Positions 41,108-45,931 of a stretch of 45,931 nucleotides of DNA are shown here, piece after piece. Each line of letters begins with the position of its first letter. Position 1 is the stretch's first letter. The notes under the pieces were generated by a model. That model was not told the DNA's origin. It saw only the letters and a program-made list of their open reading frames with translations, and did no database searches. The translations under genes and the position numbers were made by a program. This DNA comes from Nitrospiraceae bacterium (GTDB taxonomy: Bacteria; Nitrospirota; Nitrospiria; Nitrospirales; Nitrospiraceae), in the NCBI GenBank assembly GCA_041491905.1, contig JBGPVY010000001.1, positions 1 through 45,931 of the forward strand. The letters are read 5' to 3'.

Positions 41108-41978
41108 AAAAGTTGAACCAGTTGTCGGCCGCCAGGCGGCAGTGGTGTTCTAGGCGGTCGGCGTAGCGCTGGGTCCATTGCTGGACCTCCTGGTCTCGAT
41201 GCTGTCGGTCGATCGTGATCTCCTCGGCGAACAACTCGAAATGGACCTTGTAGCGGTTGCCTCCGCGGTAGAGCCCGAAGAAGAGAATGACCGGCACCTT
41301 TAAGATGCTCGCGAGCCACATGGTTCCGGCAGGGAATCGTGCAAGCTTGCCGAAAAACGTGCAGGGCGTGGCCTGATCCTGCTTCAGGAGACGATCCGCG
41401 AGAATGCCCACCACCCCTCCGCGGTCCAGACATTCCTTGACTCGCAGCATCGTGTTCGGCGAGCCAGTCCGTATCACCGCGTCGGCGACCGCAGGATTCA
41501 AGTCACGGAAGAGGTCACGGATCATCGGTGTATTCTGCTCGTACATCAGGACCTTGATTTCGACATCCCGCTGGGCCAGCCCGATGGCACGCACGATCTC
41601 GAAGCTCCCCAGATGCGAACCGAGCAGGATACATCCTTGGCCACGAGCCAAGCGGTCCTTGAGCAAGTCGAGTCCCCGTATATCGATGTCGAAGTGGCTG
41701 CATGGTCCGGCTAGAAGATAGACACGATCAAGGAGCGTCGAGGCGAAACAATGATACTGCCTATACAGGTCACGCCGGCTGATCGGGCGTCCCAGCGCTC
41801 GAATCAAGTAGGGTCGGATGGCACGACATGCGTGCCTCGAAAATATTAGGTAATAGGCGCAGATCGGGTAGAGCAAGGCGCGCGCGGCAGGACGTCCGAC
41901 GGATAACGCCATCCAGATCATGAATCGCCCCGCGATTCGACTGCCGCGTTCGCGTTGTCGCAACCACCCTACACTCAC
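41082..41978 (-). CDS. Lysophospholipid / lipid A-type acyltransferase (LpxL/HtrB family)
   Basis: CILLGSHLGSFEI...GGVVGILADR pattern. About 300 aa with an N-terminal TM segment. Confidence 0.75.
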   Translation of the reverse strand: MSVGWLRQRERGSRIAGRFMIWMALSVGRPAARALLYPICAYYLIFSRHACRAIRPYLIRALGRPISRRDLYRQYHCFASTLLDRVYLLAGPCSHFDIDIRGLDLLKDRLARGQGCILLGSHLGSFEIVRAIGLAQRDVEIKVLMYEQNTPMIRDLFRDLNPAVADAVIRTGSPNTMLRVKECLDRGGVVGILADRLLKQDQATPCTFFGKLARFPAGTMWLASILKVPVILFFGLYRGGNRYKVHFELFAEEITIDRQHRDQEVQQWTQRYADRLEHHCRLAADNWFNFYDFWEEQR

Positions 41979-42301
41979 ACGTCACCCGTGGAATCATCGG
42001 CGACGATGCGATAGCGCAGGCAGCCGCTCGCAATGAGTCGAGACCCGGTGGTGCATGTGAACTCCGTTGCCCCGTCGCCCTGTTGCTCCAAGTTGATAGT
42101 GAGAGGCTCTCCCGGGTTCAGAGGTGACATGAACTTCGCCGACGGCATGCCCACAAACTCGATGTTCACTTTGGCCATTTCGCGAATGGCGTTCATGATT
42201 TCTCCCAGCATCACAACGCCAGGGACCACAGGATAGCCGGGAAAGTGCCCAGCTAATGATGGATGGTCCGCACCGATTGTGACAATGCGCTCAGGTCCCA
42301 T
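41975..42301 (-). CDS. FabZ/hotdog-like dehydratase (108 aa)
   Basis: Start MGPERIV at 42301. HPSLAGHFPGYPVVPGVVMLGEI. The upstream part of the listed ORF overlaps the ligase gene and is rejected. Confidence 0.7.
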   Translation of the reverse strand: MGPERIVTIGADHPSLAGHFPGYPVVPGVVMLGEIMNAIREMAKVNIEFVGMPSAKFMSPLNPGEPLTINLEQQGDGATEFTCTTGSRLIASGCLRYRIVADDSTGDV

Positions 42302-43637
42302 GCCGCTCCTCTTTGTGAAGCTCTTGCAGCAGTCCGAGCAAGGCCTCTCTCGTGAGTTTGCCGGTCTCGTTACGGGGAAGGTGGGGAACCAGGTGAAGCG
42401 GTCGGGGGAGAAACACAGGATCAATGACTGTTCGAAGCGCCGACAGAATGTGCTCGGCAGCCTTTCCAGGCGCAACAGCGAAAGCGATCAGACGTGTCAC
42501 TGAGGTTTCCGTTTCATCCGGGAGGAAGAACGCTCCATCCTGCACACCCTCGATCTCGTTCAGTTTCTGGTTCAGGTCACTCAACGAACCCCGGTGCCCA
42601 CCGATGTTCACCAGATCCGTGCCGCGTCCATGCAACACGAACCGATGCGGCCCTTGCAGCGACACCAGATCGGGGAAAGGGATCGGCTCACGCAAGTAGG
42701 GGGCTTGCAGGGAACACCCGGCTGATTCCTGATGCAGCGTAATACCATCCAACACGTGCCAGGTGTTCTCGGCGACAGTCCGCCTTGTCGCGAGACTCCC
42801 GGCCTCCGTGAACCCGTACACCTCATAGACTCTGGTTTGGAATAGGGTCTCGGCTTGTTTCGCCAACGAGCTGGGAAGAGGCGCGGTCGCAGAGAGAACG
42901 CACTCCACGTGAGGCAGCCGCGAGCGAGCGGTGACACAAGCCCGGATATGCAAGGGCGTGGTGACAAGCATGCGCGGTGATGGCACGTCCGCCAACACTA
43001 ACCGTACATCTTCAGGGAACAGTGGCCGTCCCACATGGAACGCCATCCCATGTTGAATGGGAAGCATCATGGAGGCTTCGAGCCCGTACATGTGCTGGTG
43101 AGGAACTGTCGCCACCACGGTCATCTGACCGGAAGTCTTGAGCCCCAGCCGGGCTCCCGTGCTCCGAGCGACTGCGACTAGGGAGCCCCAGGTTTTTGAA
43201 TGTGGATGAGGGCGCCCCGTGCTGCCTGACGTAAAGGCCACTACGGCCGGGTGGTCAATGGGGATCTGGGGAACCTTTGCCGTATCGGTCGGACTCCCTG
43301 TACCCTTTGGGATCTGATAGGAGGGAAGTGGTTCAACTTGTTCAGTGCCATTTACCAGGCAATAGCTGCTGCCATATTCTCGAGCTAACTGGGCCAAGGC
43401 ACCCGGCGCGCGACTCGGAGGAAGCAGCGTGGTCTGTCCTCGTACCAATGCAGCGGCAAACCCGACCAGAAACCGATAGCGGTCATCAGCCAGGTTAATG
43501 ACCGTGGGTTTTTCAGGAAGCAGGTCAGCCAGGGCTCCCACATCTGAAAGAAAGTGGCCATAGGTAATCGAGAGACCGTTCTCCCAGGCCAACACTCTGT
43601 CAGCGTGGTAGGGGCCGAGCAACGCGGCGGTGTTCAT
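42291..43637 (-). CDS. AMP-dependent synthetase/ligase (aryl-acid activating, XanA2-like position)
   Basis: AFTSGSTGRPHPHSKTW (AMP-binding core). YGFTEAG; GKLTRE near the C-terminus. Confidence 0.85.
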   Translation of the reverse strand: MNTAALLGPYHADRVLAWENGLSITYGHFLSDVGALADLLPEKPTVINLADDRYRFLVGFAAALVRGQTTLLPPSRAPGALAQLAREYGSSYCLVNGTEQVEPLPSYQIPKGTGSPTDTAKVPQIPIDHPAVVAFTSGSTGRPHPHSKTWGSLVAVARSTGARLGLKTSGQMTVVATVPHQHMYGLEASMMLPIQHGMAFHVGRPLFPEDVRLVLADVPSPRMLVTTPLHIRACVTARSRLPHVECVLSATAPLPSSLAKQAETLFQTRVYEVYGFTEAGSLATRRTVAENTWHVLDGITLHQESAGCSLQAPYLREPIPFPDLVSLQGPHRFVLHGRGTDLVNIGGHRGSLSDLNQKLNEIEGVQDGAFFLPDETETSVTRLIAFAVAPGKAAEHILSALRTVIDPVFLPRPLHLVPHLPRNETGKLTREALLGLLQELHKEERHGT

Positions 43638-43651
43638 AGAGCCACATGCTG

Positions 43652-43918
43652 CTATTTCGTGCGATGTTTATCGATCGACTGACAGAGCGAACGGAGTGAG
43701 GCGAAGGTGGCGACAGTGTCTGGATCATCGGAACGTATCTGATGCCCATAGAATTGAGAGATCGCGAGAGACAGTTCGAGTGCGTCAATCGAATCAAGGC
43801 CCAAGCCGTCACCGAAGAGAGGTTCCTCCGGCTGAATCTGTGCAGGGTCAACTTTTAGTGTGAGCGTCCGCACAATGAGTTTCGCAACTTCCGCTTCCAG
43901 AGGTGATACATCAGACAC
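43652..43918 (-). CDS. Acyl carrier protein
   Basis: 88 aa. LGLDSIDALEL (phosphopantetheine Ser). Confidence 0.85.
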   Translation of the reverse strand: MSDVSPLEAEVAKLIVRTLTLKVDPAQIQPEEPLFGDGLGLDSIDALELSLAISQFYGHQIRSDDPDTVATFASLRSLCQSIDKHRTK

Positions 43919-44096
43919 GGATCGGTTCCTCCCGTGCGGGCCGGACCCGCTCGCACCCTTGCGTCGAGTCCTTCTACCAACTCCCTCTCTGTTCTGTCAA
44001 GGAAAGGAGCCTTGCAAAATGACAGCCATGGCTCGGAATCTTATAGAAACCGTTTTGTAGTCGTCGAGGAAACTGCTGAATAGATGGCCGCCACAG

Positions 44097-44114
44097 TAGT
44101 TTTTCCGCAGCCTG
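44097..44114 (-). repeat. Short copy of the CAGGCTGCGGAAAAAC repeat core in the ACP-crp intergenic region
   Basis: Minus strand reads CAGGCTGCGGAAAAACTA. Confidence 0.4.
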
Positions 44115-44294
44115 TTAGTGCTGCTGGTCGTGGAAGCCAGGAGATCCTCGCGGAGCGTCGCTTCATGGCCGTAGAACAGATATTGACACCCGCCGTCGCG
44201 CACGAGTATATTTTCACCCGGAATCAGCATTGTTACGCGTTCACCGCCATTACTGACACAAAACTTTGCCCAGAGTTCTCGGGAGGGTCTGGCC

Positions 44295-44948
44295 ATGAAA
44301 GGCAAGCAAATCGCACCGTTTAATCCCCAGACGTTCCTCAAACAGGTCGGCAGCGGCAAAACGAATCTGACGTATCCTAAGAAGCAGATTCTCTTTTCGC
44401 AAGGGGATGAGGCGGATGCCGTGTTCTATATCCAGGCGGGCAGAGTCAAGCTTAGCGTGGTCTCGCAGCAGGGCAAAGAAGCCATCATCGTAGTACTGGA
44501 GCAGGGCAGCTTTTTTGGGGAATCCTGCCTCGCCGGGCAGCTGGTGCGCATGGTCACGGCGACCACCGCGGAAGACTCCACTATCGTGCGCATAGACAAA
44601 CAGGCGATGATCGAGACACTCCACAACGAGCCCACTTTTTCCGAGCTGTTCCTCACGTATCTCCTGGCTCGCAACATTCGTATCCAAGAAGACTTGGTGG
44701 ATCACCTCTTCAATTCCAGCGAGAAACGGCTGGCGCGGGTGCTGCTGTTACTGGCCCATTTTGGGAAAGAAGGCAAGCCGGAGCCGGTCGTTCCGAAGGT
44801 CAGTCAGGAAACGCTCGCCGAGATGATCGGCACCACGCGCTCCCGCGTCAGTTTCTTCATGAATAGGTTCCGCAAACTGGGCTTCATATACTACAACGGC
44901 GGGTTGCACGTGCACAGTTCCCTCCTCAATATCGTCCTCCACGACTGA
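44295..44948 (+). CDS. Crp/Fnr-family transcriptional regulator, paralog group A, divergent from the pigment-cluster ACP operon
   Basis: MKGKQIAPFNPQTFLKQVGSGKTNL..AVFYIQAGRVKLSVVSQQGKEAIIVVLEQGSFFGESCL..TTRSRVSFFMNRFRKLGFIYYNGG. Confidence 0.9.
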   Translation: MKGKQIAPFNPQTFLKQVGSGKTNLTYPKKQILFSQGDEADAVFYIQAGRVKLSVVSQQGKEAIIVVLEQGSFFGESCLAGQLVRMVTATTAEDSTIVRIDKQAMIETLHNEPTFSELFLTYLLARNIRIQEDLVDHLFNSSEKRLARVLLLLAHFGKEGKPEPVVPKVSQETLAEMIGTTRSRVSFFMNRFRKLGFIYYNGGLHVHSSLLNIVLHD

Positions 44949-44999
44949 CGCCCGCCGGCACTCCGCACTCTTTCATTTCATCTCGATGTTCCTGATTTG

Positions 45000-45692
45000 T
45001 TATCTGTATTTCCTGGTAGATTTCGGCTCGTCCCTCGCTAGGCTCCCGCGCTGCAGTGCATAGCTGATCAAGTCTTCGGAGAGGTTCAGGCCCAACTTCC
45101 GCATACAGTTGGCTCGATGGAATCCGACCGTGCTGGAACTGATCTTGAGTCGGGAACCAATATCTGAACTGCTCGCCCCCTCCACGACTAGCTGCAGCAC
45201 CTTTCGCTCGCGGACGGTCAGTTTGTCATGGACCTCCAGCAAACCAGTCTGTGTCTTTTGCAGAATTGTTCCCATAGCAGAAAATGAGCCAATGGAAGCC
45301 TCGGAAACCGCCGGACTCAGGTAACGCCGACCGGCAACGACTTCGCGTATGGCTTGGAAGAGCTCGGCTCCGCAGGACTCTTTGAGAACATAACCCGCCG
45401 CACCACTTTTTAGCGCTGTCAATACATATGCCTGATCCCCGTACATCGAAAGGAGGATCACGCGCGTATCTGATTTCAGGCGAGAGAGCTTTCGTGTGGT
45501 TGCTAGCCCGTCCAGGCCGGGCATCATGAGGTCGGTGATTAATACCGCGGGCTTCCGGTGCTTGACCAATTCGACAGCCTCGTGCCCGTCAGCCGCTTCG
45601 CCCACAACGACAAAGCTTGGATCCGATTCCAGCAGGGCGCGCAGCCCCTGCCTCACGACAACATGATCATCCGCTAGCACAACGGTCACCAT
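45000..45692 (-). CDS. NarL/FixJ-type response regulator (receiver + LuxR HTH)
   Basis: VVLADDHVVVRQGL...VLITDLMMPGLDGL...LTVRERKVLQLVVEGASSSDIGSRLKISSSTVGFHRANCMRKLG. Confidence 0.9.
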   Translation of the reverse strand: MVTVVLADDHVVVRQGLRALLESDPSFVVVGEAADGHEAVELVKHRKPAVLITDLMMPGLDGLATTRKLSRLKSDTRVILLSMYGDQAYVLTALKSGAAGYVLKESCGAELFQAIREVVAGRRYLSPAVSEASIGSFSAMGTILQKTQTGLLEVHDKLTVRERKVLQLVVEGASSSDIGSRLKISSSTVGFHRANCMRKLGLNLSEDLISYALQRGSLARDEPKSTRKYR

Positions 45693-45931
45693 GAAGCTTC
45701 CCTCCAGGAATCTGTGTCATATTTCATTGACAATTCACGAAGCAGCTTTAGGCAGTGCTCGTTACCGAGGCTACCATCCCACACCAAGGAAAGGAGCCGT
45801 TTGATAAGAATAGTAGTCTGGACTCCACGAGGAAGCAAGGTGAAAGATGGCGGCCGCGCGCCCTGGCCACCGTGCCGGCTGCCGCAGAGGTTGTCGGGTG
45901 GCCCTGACCCACGCGCTGATCCGAAGCATCG

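Larger units (their letters stand above)
29645..43918. other. Xanthomonadin / aryl-polyene-type biosynthetic gene cluster (two arms)
   Basis: Co-location of a chorismatase, ACP, aryl-AMP ligase, two hotdog DH, LPLAT, LolA-like, MMPL, KS, CLF-like, KR and GT2 matches the canonical gene content of APE/xanthomonadin clusters. Confidence 0.7.

Overview
GC-rich bacterial chromosomal segment of about 46 kb. I saw no rRNA, tRNA, CRISPR array, transposase or phage genes. All family names come from signature motifs I recognise by eye; no database search was run.

Three themes are interleaved:

1. An envelope and oxidative stress island (about 1-29 kb). It consists of small, often paralogous genes: BON x3 plus one BON-DUF1207 fusion, CsbD-like x3, DUF3309 x2, DUF1328, YtxH, DUF948, a ferritin-like protein, Fe/Mn SOD, an M48 protease, an OmpA-like lipoprotein, a DegP-like protease-TPR protein, an RRM protein, an AI-2E transporter and a MlaC-like protein. 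It also holds a family of 60-65 aa beta-rich secreted modules, present as 1x, 1x and 4x versions.

2. A compact xanthomonadin / aryl-polyene-type lipid-pigment gene cluster (29.6-43.9 kb). It encodes an XanB2/FkbO-type chorismatase, ACP, AMP-ligase, two hotdog dehydratases, an LPLAT acyltransferase, a LolA-like protein, an MMPL exporter, KS, CLF-like protein, KR and GT2.

3. A regulatory layer, which is the most striking signal. There are four intact Crp/Fnr-family genes plus at least three 3'-terminal crp remnants. There are also 13 dispersed copies of a near-invariant 18-19 bp element, (c/g)TGAGCAATTTTGACCAGAC. In 12 of the 13 copies a -10-like hexamer follows at a fixed 22-nt distance. That geometry places the imperfect dyad at about -41.5, the classical class-II Crp/Fnr activator position. 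One copy sits inside the pigment cluster and overlaps the MMPL stop codon.

Other observations: a MITE/REP-like repeat family sits directly after stop codons, with one copy flanked by a 9-bp direct repeat and another carrying perfect 14-bp terminal inverted repeats. An unusually high number of paralogs are disrupted by nonsense codons, by homopolymer frameshifts, or by two in-frame TAGs. Several real genes shorter than 60 aa are missing from the ORF track.
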